Below are positions 30,311 to 39,316 of a stretch of 64,000 nucleotides of DNA, in pieces. The notes beneath the pieces were generated by a model. The model did no database searches. It was not told where the DNA came from and saw only the letters and a program-made list of their open reading frames with translations. Origin of the DNA: Clostridia bacterium (GTDB taxonomy: Bacteria; Bacillota; Clostridia; Oscillospirales; CAG-272); the NCBI GenBank assembly GCA_017472285.1, contig JAFUQQ010000013.1:8527-72526 (forward strand). The letters run 5' to 3'. Both the position numbers and the translations under genes were made by a program. Each line of letters starts with the position of its first letter. Position 1 is the stretch's first letter.

Positions 30311-31681
30311 ATGTTGAACAAGATCTTTAAACTCAAAGAAAATAATACGACCGTCAAAACGGAAGTCATCGCAGGTATCACCACCTTTATGACGATGGCT
30401 TATATCCTTGCGGTCAACCCCAGCATCCTTGCCGAAGCGGGCATGGATCCTACAGCAGTTCTTCTTGCGACTTGTATCGCTTCCTTTATCGGTACGGCGC
30501 TCATGGCTTTCTGGGCAAACCTTCCTTTCGTTCTTTCTGCAGGTATGGGACTCAACGCATATATGGCATACACTGTTTGCGGTCAGATGGGTTATCCCTG
30601 GCAGATCGCACTCCTTGCAGTATTCACTGAAGGTATCATCTTCATCCTTCTCTCCCTGACAAAAGTCAGAGAAGCGATCTTCAATTCCATTCCCTTGCAG
30701 CTTAAAACAGCCGTTTCCGTTGGTATCGGTCTTTTCATCGCTTTCATCGGTTTGCAAAATGCAAAGCTTTCCGTTGACAGCTCCACACTCGTTACCATCG
30801 TAAACTTCACGGAAAACTTTAGTACCGTCGGTATCGGCGCGCTTCTCGCGATCCTCGGCACGCTCCTCATGGCGATCCTTTATGTAAAAGGTGTCAAAGG
30901 TTCTATCCTGATCGGTATCCTCGTTACTTGGGGTCTCGGTATGCTTTGCCAGCTCATCGGTATTTACGTTCCCAATCCCGAAGCAGGCTTCTATTCCCTC
31001 TATCCGACTCTCGGTTTCACAGACTTCACAAAGCTTGGCGAAACCTTCGGTCAGTGCTTTGACTTCAAAGTGCTCAAAGAACACGGCGTTGATATTTTCA
31101 ACTTTATCGTTATTATCTTCTCCTTCCTTTTCGTTGACCTTTTCGATACGCTCGGCACACTCATCGGTGTCAGCTCGAAAGCAAATATGCTCGATGAAGA
31201 AGGCAGATTGCCCAACATCAAGCCCGCTTTGATGGCAGACGCAGTTGCAACCTCCGCAGGTGCGGTTCTTGGTACATCCACAACCACGACATTCGTTGAA
31301 TCCGCTTCCGGTGTTGCTGCAGGCGGTAGAACAGGTCTTACCGCTATCACAGCAGGTATCCTCTTCCTCGTTTCCACATTGTTTGCACCCATCTTCACAG
31401 CAATTCCCTCTTTCGCAACAGCTCCCGCGCTTATCATCGTAGGCTTCTTGATGTTCAGCAATATTGCGAACCTGAAGCTGACTGAAGATAACTACACAAC
31501 TGCGATCCCCGCATACCTCTGCATCATCGCAATGCCCTTGTTTTACAGCATTGCGGAAGGTATCTCTCTCGGCGTTATCTCCTACGTTGTTATGAATCTT
31601 GCTTGCAAGAAGTGGAAAGATATCTCTCCCGTTATGTATGTCCTCGCCGTACTCTTTATCCTGAAGTATATTTTTCTTTAA
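30311..31681 (+). CDS. NCS2/AzgA family purine permease (PbuG-like)
   Basis: TEVIAGITTFMTMAYIL.VNP, GMGLNA, DLFDTLGT, ESASGVAAGGRTG. Confidence 0.92.
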   Translation: MLNKIFKLKENNTTVKTEVIAGITTFMTMAYILAVNPSILAEAGMDPTAVLLATCIASFIGTALMAFWANLPFVLSAGMGLNAYMAYTVCGQMGYPWQIALLAVFTEGIIFILLSLTKVREAIFNSIPLQLKTAVSVGIGLFIAFIGLQNAKLSVDSSTLVTIVNFTENFSTVGIGALLAILGTLLMAILYVKGVKGSILIGILVTWGLGMLCQLIGIYVPNPEAGFYSLYPTLGFTDFTKLGETFGQCFDFKVLKEHGVDIFNFIVIIFSFLFVDLFDTLGTLIGVSSKANMLDEEGRLPNIKPALMADAVATSAGAVLGTSTTTTFVESASGVAAGGRTGLTAITAGILFLVSTLFAPIFTAIPSFATAPALIIVGFLMFSNIANLKLTEDNYTTAIPAYLCIIAMPLFYSIAEGISLGVISYVVMNLACKKWKDISPVMYVLAVLFILKYIFL

Positions 31682-31685
31682 TATC

Positions 31686-31724
31686 AAAAAACGCCCTGAA
31701 CGGTTTTCGTTCAGGGCTTTTTTT
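31686..31724. terminator. Bidirectional terminator
   Basis: aaaaacgccctgaacg...cgttcagggctttttt between convergent genes. Confidence 0.8.
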
Positions 31725-31726
31725 GT

Positions 31727-33079
31727 TTAAAATTCAATGAGTTCGGGATCAAATTCTGCCTTTGTTTGCGGTTCATCCTGTTTGGGAAGAAGGGTCTCAC
31801 CTTGTTTCTGATATACGTCGGGCAGACGGGTCTTTCCGCCCGATTGCATGACGATACCGAGGGCTGTGAGATAAGCGCGTATCATTTCACGGGGGGTAAT
31901 CATCGTATCTGCACCCGCACGGGCAAGCATAAAATACAGGAAATCACGCATTTCTTCCGCTTTGACGTTGACTTCGCCGTAGCAACGGTTGAAAAGTACG
32001 GTTACACGTGCAAGCAGTGCCAGAAGTTCATCATCGGAAAGTCTGGCAAGACGCATGATTGGGCCGAACATCTGCCCGCCCGCCGTAATTGCCGCAGTAT
32101 TTTCTTTGCCAAACATATTATCGACAAGTCGGGACTTCAAGGCTTCATAGCTGAAAAGTCCGCGTCTGGTATCTTCTAAAAATTGCGGTGTACCTGCGAA
32201 AATGATCTCAAGTCCTTCTGCTTTACCCTGCAAGGTATCGTTGAAAATTGCAAGGATTTTTTCATAATTGTTTTCACGGGAAACACGGTTAGGAATCTTA
32301 TAAAGGTTGACACATTCATCGATGAAAACCACAAGACCGCCATAACCGATTCTGCGGACGAATGCCGCCATGAGCTTGATATAATCGTACCAGTTTTCAT
32401 CATTGATGATGCCCGACACGGAAAGTGCGGAACGTGCTTCGGTTTTCGTCCCGTATTCACCGCGCAACCAACGCAGACAATCGCTTTGTTTCTGTTCATC
32501 GGAATCACGCCATGCGCGGTAATAAATATCGATCACACGTGCAAAATCAAATGCACCGACACCGGTTTCCACTTCATGTAAAACGGCATAGATACGATGG
32601 GAAACTTCCTTTTCAAATTTCGGCGATTCGGGATAGATACCCGATTCCGTCACGGCATATTGGATATCCGAAAGCCATTTGGAGATCATTTGTGAAAGCG
32701 CGCCGCCATCGGGTGATGCTTTTGTGGAAAGATTTTTGATTAATTCTCTGTAAGTTGCGATACCGCCGCCATTCGATGAAGAAAGCCTTCGTTCGGGTGA
32801 AAGGTCGGCATCTGCACAGACAAAACCTTTTTCCACGGCATAGCCGCGCATCAGTTGGATCAGAAAGCTCTTACCGCTACCGTATTTACCGATCAGAAAA
32901 CGTGTGGAAGAACCGCCTTCCGCGACGTTTTCAAGGTCTTTGCAGATCGCCGCGATCTCCGCGGTGCGTCCGATGGCAATATATTTTGCGCCCGCGCGCG
33001 GCACGACACCTGCCGCCATTGATGCGAGCAATGAATTGAGTATTCTTTTCGGTATTTTTACCGATGCCATATCTTGCAT
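31727..33079 (-). CDS. DUF2791 / BrxD-like P-loop ATPase
   Basis: GVVPR.G...IAIGR..E, Walker A GKYGSGKS, ADLSPERRL, Walker B VVFIDE, YEALKSRL, TPRE. Confidence 0.85.
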   Translation of the reverse strand: MQDMASVKIPKRILNSLLASMAAGVVPRAGAKYIAIGRTAEIAAICKDLENVAEGGSSTRFLIGKYGSGKSFLIQLMRGYAVEKGFVCADADLSPERRLSSSNGGGIATYRELIKNLSTKASPDGGALSQMISKWLSDIQYAVTESGIYPESPKFEKEVSHRIYAVLHEVETGVGAFDFARVIDIYYRAWRDSDEQKQSDCLRWLRGEYGTKTEARSALSVSGIINDENWYDYIKLMAAFVRRIGYGGLVVFIDECVNLYKIPNRVSRENNYEKILAIFNDTLQGKAEGLEIIFAGTPQFLEDTRRGLFSYEALKSRLVDNMFGKENTAAITAGGQMFGPIMRLARLSDDELLALLARVTVLFNRCYGEVNVKAEEMRDFLYFMLARAGADTMITPREMIRAYLTALGIVMQSGGKTRLPDVYQKQGETLLPKQDEPQTKAEFDPELIEF

Positions 33080-33088
33080 ATTTTCCTC

Positions 33089-33178
33089 CCGCTTTTCTTT
33101 GGAAAAAGAAAAGCTTGGCAAAAGAAACCCCGCCTTTCTTTACAGAAAGAAAGGCTTGGCGAAAGAAACGCTCTGTGG
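33089..33178 (-). repeat. Two tandem family A repeats fused to the ATPase ribosome-binding site
   Basis: ccgcttttctttggaaaaagaaaagcttggcaaaagaaac and ccgcctttctttacagaaagaaaggcttggcgaaagaaacgctctgtgg. Confidence 0.85.
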
Positions 33179-33279
33179 TTCCTCTACCTTTATTTTGATA
33201 AGATTTTTAATGGTGGTATGTTCGTTTTTATTCGTAGTATCTTGGTTTAGCTAAAACTTTACAAAAAGTAATGATTTTC

Positions 33280-33333
33280 AAAGCTCTCCCCTTTGGAGAG
33301 GGTGTCAAAGCTTTTGCTTTGACGGGTGAGGTT
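33280..33333. repeat. REP-like unit (CTCTCCC...GGAGAG family)
   Basis: aagctctcccctttggagagggtgtcaaagcttttgctttgacgggtgagg, similar to 39081-39127. Confidence 0.65.
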
Positions 33334-33336
33334 ATT

Positions 33337-35661
33337 TCAAAATTTTCCATCTGCTTCCCACATTCCGCTTTCTTTCATATACCGGAAATATTCGTCGAAA
33401 TCATACGGTGCTTTTGCGCAGACGTAATAATTTTTGTCCGTGATACCATCATACGTCCATTCCATGACGTAAAAATGCATTTTGTCATCATGATAAGGGA
33501 TTTTTATGATATCCGATGCGCTGTTTTGAGGTAAAAATGCAGAACCTTGCATGATTTCGCCTGTTGCGAGATCGGTGATGCGGTAAGAAAGGGTGATATC
33601 TTTCAGAAATTCATTTGCGCCGATAAGGGTCAGCATTTGGTTTTCGGGTTCACGAAACATCAGACAAACGGGTGCTTGGGAGCGTTTGGTGACGTAGAAT
33701 GCCAATTTTTTTGCGTAATAATAGTCCACGACCGCATCGGAAAATTGAGACCAACCATCCACGAGATTCCACCAGATAATACCTGTGCGTTCCCAATTGC
33801 ATTTGCCCATACGGAAGCGTTCCACGAAGAATTTCATGGCTTCTGCTTGAGAGGCTTGGCTTGTCATGGCAAAGCGTTCCAATGTTTCGGGTTCTTCATC
33901 AAAGAGAACTTTGATCTGTTTTGCCATCAAAGGCAAACGGAACGCATATTGCGCGTGTTCACCGACTTCGATACAGGTTGCATGGAGTTGCCACTCGGGA
34001 TTCCTCTGCCACGGCCAGAGATATTCGGGAGAGAGGAATTTTTCAAGTGAAGACGGTGCAGGACAGCCGTGATAACCTGTTTCGCTTGCAAATTTTGCGG
34101 GAGATTTTGTATAAAAGTCGCTTTTGAAATAGTCACGGGGACCCCAGAGATGTTTTTCGGGTGTGTTACCCGGCATACCACTGTCATATGCAAATTGATC
34201 GATATAAGGGGAGCTTGGGATATAAGCGCGTTCGGGATCGTGTTGTGCTAAAACGGAGGGTATGACCTGTCTTGTCAGGATATTGCGGTTTGGGTCGACA
34301 CCGCAAGCCGTCCACGATACAGCCGCTTCGTCACATTCGTTATCACCTGCCCAGAGTGCAAGAGAAACGTGATGGCGGTATTTTTTCACGACGGCGGTCA
34401 CTTCTTTTTCAAGCGCATCGCAAAGATGACGGTTCAGGGGATATGTTGCACAACCCATTGCGAAATCTTGCCAGATGGCGATACCGTTTTCGTCACAATA
34501 ATCAAAGACGGATTCATCTTCATAGACGTTACCGCCCCAGAAACGAATCATATTGCAGTTTGATTCCGAAAGGAGTTCCAGTGCTTTGGGGATGCGTTCT
34601 TTATCGCGGGAATGAAGCGCATCCATCGGCACCCAATTCGTTCCGCGGATAAAGAGCGGTTTTCCGTTGATATGGAAAAAAAATTCATTGTTTTCATCGG
34701 CAAGACTGCTTCGTTTGAGTTCGAATTTGCAAAGTCCCGTGCGGAAAGATACGGTATCAATGATTTTTTCGCCGTGTAAGAGTTCGGCGGTGACATCGTA
34801 AAGATTTTGCTTACCCATATCGCGTGTCCACCAGAGATATGGTTCTTCGATATCGAAACGGAAAACGGAGGATGCATTCCAGAGTTTGAATTCTTCCGCA
34901 AAGGTACGGTCTTTGCAAGTACCTTTGATACGCAGGGTATATTCATAAGCGAAATCGCCTGTCAGAACGGCGTTGCAATAAAGACGCATTTTTGCTTTTC
35001 CGTTTTTGAAATTGATGGCGCGGAGGTAAACTTCGTCAAGGTATTCTTCACGGATCTTTTCGAGGCGGACGGAACGCCAGATGCCGCCCGAAAGGATTCT
35101 CGGCAGGATATCCCAACCGAACATATGCGCGGCTTTCCGGACGTTCAGACTTTCCGCATTATATTTCTGATGTGTGATGACACCCGCGTCGATGGGATGT
35201 TTACGAGATTCTAAAAAGACGGGTTTGATATGGATGAGGAGTTCGTTTGTTCCGATTTGCAGGTTTTCGGCTTTGATGGTATGAGAAATGAGCATATTGT
35301 CCGTTGTGCCGATCAAATTACCGTTCAGATAGATATCGGCAAAGGTATCGATGCCTTCAAAAATGAATTGATAATCGTCGGAGTCGTTGATGTCAAAGGT
35401 GCGGACGTACCAGAGGTGCAGATTTTCGCGCTTTTGTGCCTCGAGAGGATTTTGGCCGAAGAACACGTCACCGATGATGCCTGCGTTTTGCAGGTCGATT
35501 TCAAAATTGCCGGGAACTTTGGCTTTGACACGGGGAAAAGTGCTTGATTGCAGGGCGGCTTCGGTCGGATATTCGGTGTTTTTGGGAATTTTATAATTTT
35601 CTTCGTAATAGAGTGTCCAATCTCCGTCAAGAGAAAAGGCTTGCTTATGATTCGATCTCAT
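33337..35661 (-). CDS. Glycoside hydrolase family 2 (beta-mannosidase-like)
   Basis: FEGIDT, RKAAHMFGWD, RGTNWVP, NMIRFWGG, WQDF, WAGDNE, FASETG. Confidence 0.9.
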   Translation of the reverse strand: MRSNHKQAFSLDGDWTLYYEENYKIPKNTEYPTEAALQSSTFPRVKAKVPGNFEIDLQNAGIIGDVFFGQNPLEAQKRENLHLWYVRTFDINDSDDYQFIFEGIDTFADIYLNGNLIGTTDNMLISHTIKAENLQIGTNELLIHIKPVFLESRKHPIDAGVITHQKYNAESLNVRKAAHMFGWDILPRILSGGIWRSVRLEKIREEYLDEVYLRAINFKNGKAKMRLYCNAVLTGDFAYEYTLRIKGTCKDRTFAEEFKLWNASSVFRFDIEEPYLWWTRDMGKQNLYDVTAELLHGEKIIDTVSFRTGLCKFELKRSSLADENNEFFFHINGKPLFIRGTNWVPMDALHSRDKERIPKALELLSESNCNMIRFWGGNVYEDESVFDYCDENGIAIWQDFAMGCATYPLNRHLCDALEKEVTAVVKKYRHHVSLALWAGDNECDEAAVSWTACGVDPNRNILTRQVIPSVLAQHDPERAYIPSSPYIDQFAYDSGMPGNTPEKHLWGPRDYFKSDFYTKSPAKFASETGYHGCPAPSSLEKFLSPEYLWPWQRNPEWQLHATCIEVGEHAQYAFRLPLMAKQIKVLFDEEPETLERFAMTSQASQAEAMKFFVERFRMGKCNWERTGIIWWNLVDGWSQFSDAVVDYYYAKKLAFYVTKRSQAPVCLMFREPENQMLTLIGANEFLKDITLSYRITDLATGEIMQGSAFLPQNSASDIIKIPYHDDKMHFYVMEWTYDGITDKNYYVCAKAPYDFDEYFRYMKESGMWEADGKF

Positions 35662-37264
35662 GCTTGATATCCTCCATATAATCTTCGATGATGGTAAAGT
35701 CGCTTTCGATCAGCATATCACCGATATATTCCATTGCGATCTCATTGATCTCACCGCGCACCGTTTCTTCCATTTTACCGATACTGCGGCAATAAGTAGA
35801 AAACGTACCGTTCAGGGCGGCGGCAAGGGCTTTTCGTTGTTCTTCTGACAGAGTGTCATTGATAAAATCGAAATCACCGCTTGCGGAATCTTCGGAAAAG
35901 GTGAAAGAAAAAGGATTTTCTTCGGGTGGTGGAGATTTTTCTGGTTTGGGCATAGGCGGAGTGAGGGTTTCTGTTACGGGTTCTTCCTCTTCCTCTGTGG
36001 CAAGGAGTGCGGCGGTTTCCCATGCTTCTTCTTCGATGGCAAGCGCACGGGAAATATCTGCAGGACCGTTTTGTTTTGGTTCATAGAGTGCCATATAAGC
36101 TTCTTCTTCGGCGGCTTCTTTTTTTGTTTTTTTGATATTGCGGTCGGGATACTGTTCATCAAAATAGGAAAGAATCACGTCTTTCAGCCGTTCATCGATG
36201 CCGTTCGGAGAAAAACGGGATTTGATACCGTAGACCGCGCGGATCTGATTTTCACATAATTTTATCATATTGGCAAAAAGCGTTTTGATCTCACCGGTAC
36301 GACGGAGGGTATAGCGCAGGATCTCGATTTTGAATTTCATCGCGTGGCAAGCGATAGCACCCGAAAAACTGTCACGGGAAAGCTTCAGGGGAATGATGCC
36401 GAATGCTTCGGGACATTTCATGATGATCTGTTCGGCGGCTCTTTCCATGGCGGCAGGAATATGTTTGTCATATGCCGCCTGGCATTGATCGTAATATTTA
36501 CTTTTTTTGTAATCGTAAGCGGAGATCACGGAGATCAGACCGAAAGGCAAACAGTTATCTTTCAGATAAAATTCGGGGAAAGAAAGTTTTCCCGCGATAT
36601 CGTGGATAAAATGTTCCAGCACGTCCCAATCGGGAGAAACGTCATATAAAAGGCAGTAATCGCAAAGCCATTCTCCGATATATTTATCAAGATAACGGAA
36701 ATCGTCACGGTATGCGCTCCAAAGACGCGAAAGGATGATAGCACCTTGTTTCGGGGATATCTTTTCGGGCAGATTGATGATCTCATAGGCATATAAGAGG
36801 ATATAATTGAGATCGCTTTTGATATAGATTCCTTTACGGATTTCCGAACGCCAATAGACATAATATGCCATTTGTGAAACGGTCATTTGTTCGTATTGAG
36901 GCAGATAAGAGAAAAAATAAACGTATTCACAGGGTTCATGGGTGCGGTTGAAATAAGTAAGCGCATCTTTTCTGAATTTTTCATAGAAGCCGAAGACTGT
37001 CGGCCAAGGGCGAATACACACGTGACGGATCATACCGTTCGGATTTTCATATTCGCGAATGGTCGGAACGGCTGTATTTTCCTTGCGCTCCTGTCTGGGC
37101 GGAATACGGAAACTTGCGGTTTGTTCCGTATCGGCTGACGGTGTCAAGGAAATTTCCGTTGCCGATATATCTGCGGATACGGGATGGGGTACTTGTTTTT
37201 TCGTGCGCTTCGGGAGCATATCTTCAATATCCCAGAACGCATCGATATTTTCATTTTTCGGCAT
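35645..37264 (-). CDS. TerB N-terminal and TerB C-terminal domain protein
   Basis: YLPQYEQMTVSQMAYYVYWRS...YILLYAYEIIN (TerB_N) and EINEIAMEYIGDMLIE...IIEDY (TerB_C). Confidence 0.85.
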   Translation of the reverse strand: MPKNENIDAFWDIEDMLPKRTKKQVPHPVSADISATEISLTPSADTEQTASFRIPPRQERKENTAVPTIREYENPNGMIRHVCIRPWPTVFGFYEKFRKDALTYFNRTHEPCEYVYFFSYLPQYEQMTVSQMAYYVYWRSEIRKGIYIKSDLNYILLYAYEIINLPEKISPKQGAIILSRLWSAYRDDFRYLDKYIGEWLCDYCLLYDVSPDWDVLEHFIHDIAGKLSFPEFYLKDNCLPFGLISVISAYDYKKSKYYDQCQAAYDKHIPAAMERAAEQIIMKCPEAFGIIPLKLSRDSFSGAIACHAMKFKIEILRYTLRRTGEIKTLFANMIKLCENQIRAVYGIKSRFSPNGIDERLKDVILSYFDEQYPDRNIKKTKKEAAEEEAYMALYEPKQNGPADISRALAIEEEAWETAALLATEEEEEPVTETLTPPMPKPEKSPPPEENPFSFTFSEDSASGDFDFINDTLSEEQRKALAAALNGTFSTYCRSIGKMEETVRGEINEIAMEYIGDMLIESDFTIIEDYMEDIKHEIES

Positions 37265-37459
37265 ATGGTTTCCTCCCGATATTCTTTTAAGAGGTGATTT
37301 TATTTATTATATCATGAATATCACTTCTTTGCAATCACTTTGCGAAAAATACGGAAAAGGTTATTTTCGGGAGATATGACAAAAAAAGCGTCTTGACTTG
37401 ACATATGATGGCAAATATGGTACAATAATCATAACGTTTTTATGATTAAGGAGAATCCC

Positions 37460-38503
37460 GTGAAAGACGATATGCATGAACAAAAACATTTCGTTAAGTA
37501 TCTGCTGACGTTTGTTTTTATCTTTATTATTATGATCGCTGCGGTATTTTCGATTCATTATTCAGGTATCCTTGGCTTTGATACCATCGGCGCGACAACG
37601 ACGGACAGCATCGATACGCTTCCTTCCGATACGACCAGCTCAGAATCGATATCGCAGACATCTTCTCAGACACAGACGACCGAAACGACGGAATCCCTGA
37701 CGGACACGGAAGACCGGACACAGACGGAATCAACGGAAAGATCCACGAAATATCCGCCTGCAACCCTGCCCATTATCCCGACACAGACGACTTCTTCCAA
37801 AACGACGGCGACTACTGAGAAAACGACCGTGACGACTGTTACCACAACGCAAACGACCACCTCAGAAACGACAACAACGGAAACCACGACAACGGAAATA
37901 ACAACGACGGAAACGACAACAACGAAACCGATCACACCCGAAGAGCTGCACAAGATCACAGCCGAGGATATTACGGACGAAAAAATGGCGGAGCTGATTA
38001 CGAAAAAATATCTGACCGTACATAGCAAATCCCGTCCGGGCTATAAGCTTTGGAGCGTGAAAAATATCGTTGTACATTACGTTGCGAACCCCGGTACGTC
38101 CGCGCTTCAGAACTGGAAATATTTTGAGAATAAAAATAACGTCAGCGCGCATTTTATCATCGATATTGATGGTTCGATCATTCAATGCATGCCGACCAAT
38201 GAAGTTGCTTGGGCTGTCGGTACGAAAAACGGAAATTATACGTCCATTTCTATTGAATGTTGCCATCCCGATAGCACGGGTGAATTCACGGAAGAAACTT
38301 ATATCTCTCTTTTGAAGCTCGTTTCATGGCTCTGCGCGGAATACGATCTTGACAGAGATGACGTGATCCGTCATTATGATTACGGTATTCAGAAGAGTTG
38401 GGGTGTTTATCATAAGGCTTGCCCTCTTTATTATGCCAATGACAAAGAACCCGCTTCTCATGAAAGATGGGAAAAATTCCGGGAAGAAATTTATATCAAA
38501 TAA
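37460..38503 (+). CDS. Membrane-anchored N-acetylmuramoyl-L-alanine amidase (Amidase_2) with a Thr-rich linker
   Basis: IVVHYVANPG, VSAHFII, EVAW, SISIECCH, VIRHYD, KACP; SD AAGGAG before GTG at 37460. Confidence 0.88.
   Translation: MKDDMHEQKHFVKYLLTFVFIFIIMIAAVFSIHYSGILGFDTIGATTTDSIDTLPSDTTSSESISQTSSQTQTTETTESLTDTEDRTQTESTERSTKYPPATLPIIPTQTTSSKTTATTEKTTVTTVTTTQTTTSETTTTETTTTEITTTETTTTKPITPEELHKITAEDITDEKMAELITKKYLTVHSKSRPGYKLWSVKNIVVHYVANPGTSALQNWKYFENKNNVSAHFIIDIDGSIIQCMPTNEVAWAVGTKNGNYTSISIECCHPDSTGEFTEETYISLLKLVSWLCAEYDLDRDDVIRHYDYGIQKSWGVYHKACPLYYANDKEPASHERWEKFREEIYIK
37865..37924 (+). repeat. Four imperfect 15-bp tandem repeats encoding E(T/I)TTT
   Basis: gaaacgacaacaacg gaaaccacgacaacg gaaataacaacgacg gaaacgacaacaacg. 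Confidence 0.8.
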
Positions 38504-38546
38504 GATAAAAAGCGGGCTTAGCCTGCTTTTTATCTTAAAGGAGAAC

Positions 38547-39002
38547 ATGATGGAACATATTCTGATTAGCGCGTGTTTGCTCGGTGTTGTCTGTCGGTAT
38601 GACGGGCTTTCCAAACCGATTGACCGTCAGCGTATCGATGCGTTAAAAGAAAAATATCATCTGATACCGATCTGCCCCGAAATCATGGGTGGTCTGCCGA
38701 CACCTCGTATTCCTGCTGAAATCAATGCCGAAAGACGTGTTTTGCGGCGCGATGGTGCGGATGTGACGGAAAATTATCGGCGCGGTGCGGAAGAAGCTTT
38801 GCGCTTGGCAAAGTTATTTGATTGCAAGATTGCGATCCTCAAGGAAAGAAGTCCGTCTTGCAGTACGAATGGTATCTATGACGGTACGTTTTCAAAAACG
38901 CTGACGGATGGGGAAGGTATCGCCGCGGAATATCTGCGGAATGCCGGTCTGCGTGTCTTGGGAGAAAGTGATATTGAAAAACTAAGGACAGAGAATTTTT
39001 AA
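38547..39002 (+). CDS. DUF523 / 2-thiouracil desulfurase family protein
   Basis: ILISACLLG..CRYDG, ICPE..GGLPTPR, LKERSPSC. Confidence 0.88.
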   Translation: MMEHILISACLLGVVCRYDGLSKPIDRQRIDALKEKYHLIPICPEIMGGLPTPRIPAEINAERRVLRRDGADVTENYRRGAEEALRLAKLFDCKIAILKERSPSCSTNGIYDGTFSKTLTDGEGIAAEYLRNAGLRVLGESDIEKLRTENF

Positions 39003-39013
39003 TTCTCTGTCCT

Positions 39014-39270
39014 CAGTGTGTGGATAAAGTCGGTTTCAAAATTTGTCTTCGGCATTTTTAACAAAAGAAAAACTTTTTAAAAGCCTCTCACTTCAGGAGA
39101 GGTGTCAACGTAGTTGACGGAGAGGGCATTTTCAGCATATATTACCGTCCTCTCACCCGACTTTCGTCGGGAGCTCTCCCAAAGGGCGAGCCTTTATAAT
39201 AGGTATCTTTTTGAGTTTTTTGTGCAACTTTTTATTTTCGACTTTTCTACATAGGTTTTTCGACAGACTG
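39014..39270. mobile_element. 257-bp non-autonomous MITE-like element in a duplicated terminator
   Basis: Exact 31-bp direct repeats at 38983-39013 and 39271-39301; ends cagtgtgtggataaa and tttttcgacagactg are 12/15 inverted repeats; internal REP-like doublet. Confidence 0.75.
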
Positions 39271-39316
39271 TAAGGACAGAGAATTTTTAATTCTCTGTCC
39301 TTTTTGTCAAGGCTCA

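Noticed and set aside
31727-33079. Complete BREX system
   Set aside because: Only a BrxD-like ATPase is present; no pglZ, pglX, brxC or brxL in the window.
8749-33121. Similar N-terminal extensions in the ORF track (MPSFSFRKEKRE, MLTFSFRREKRG, MPSFSFSKEKRE) on SleC, UvrC and the DUF2791 ATPase
   Set aside because: These are translations of the family A repeat; the real starts follow the SD just downstream.
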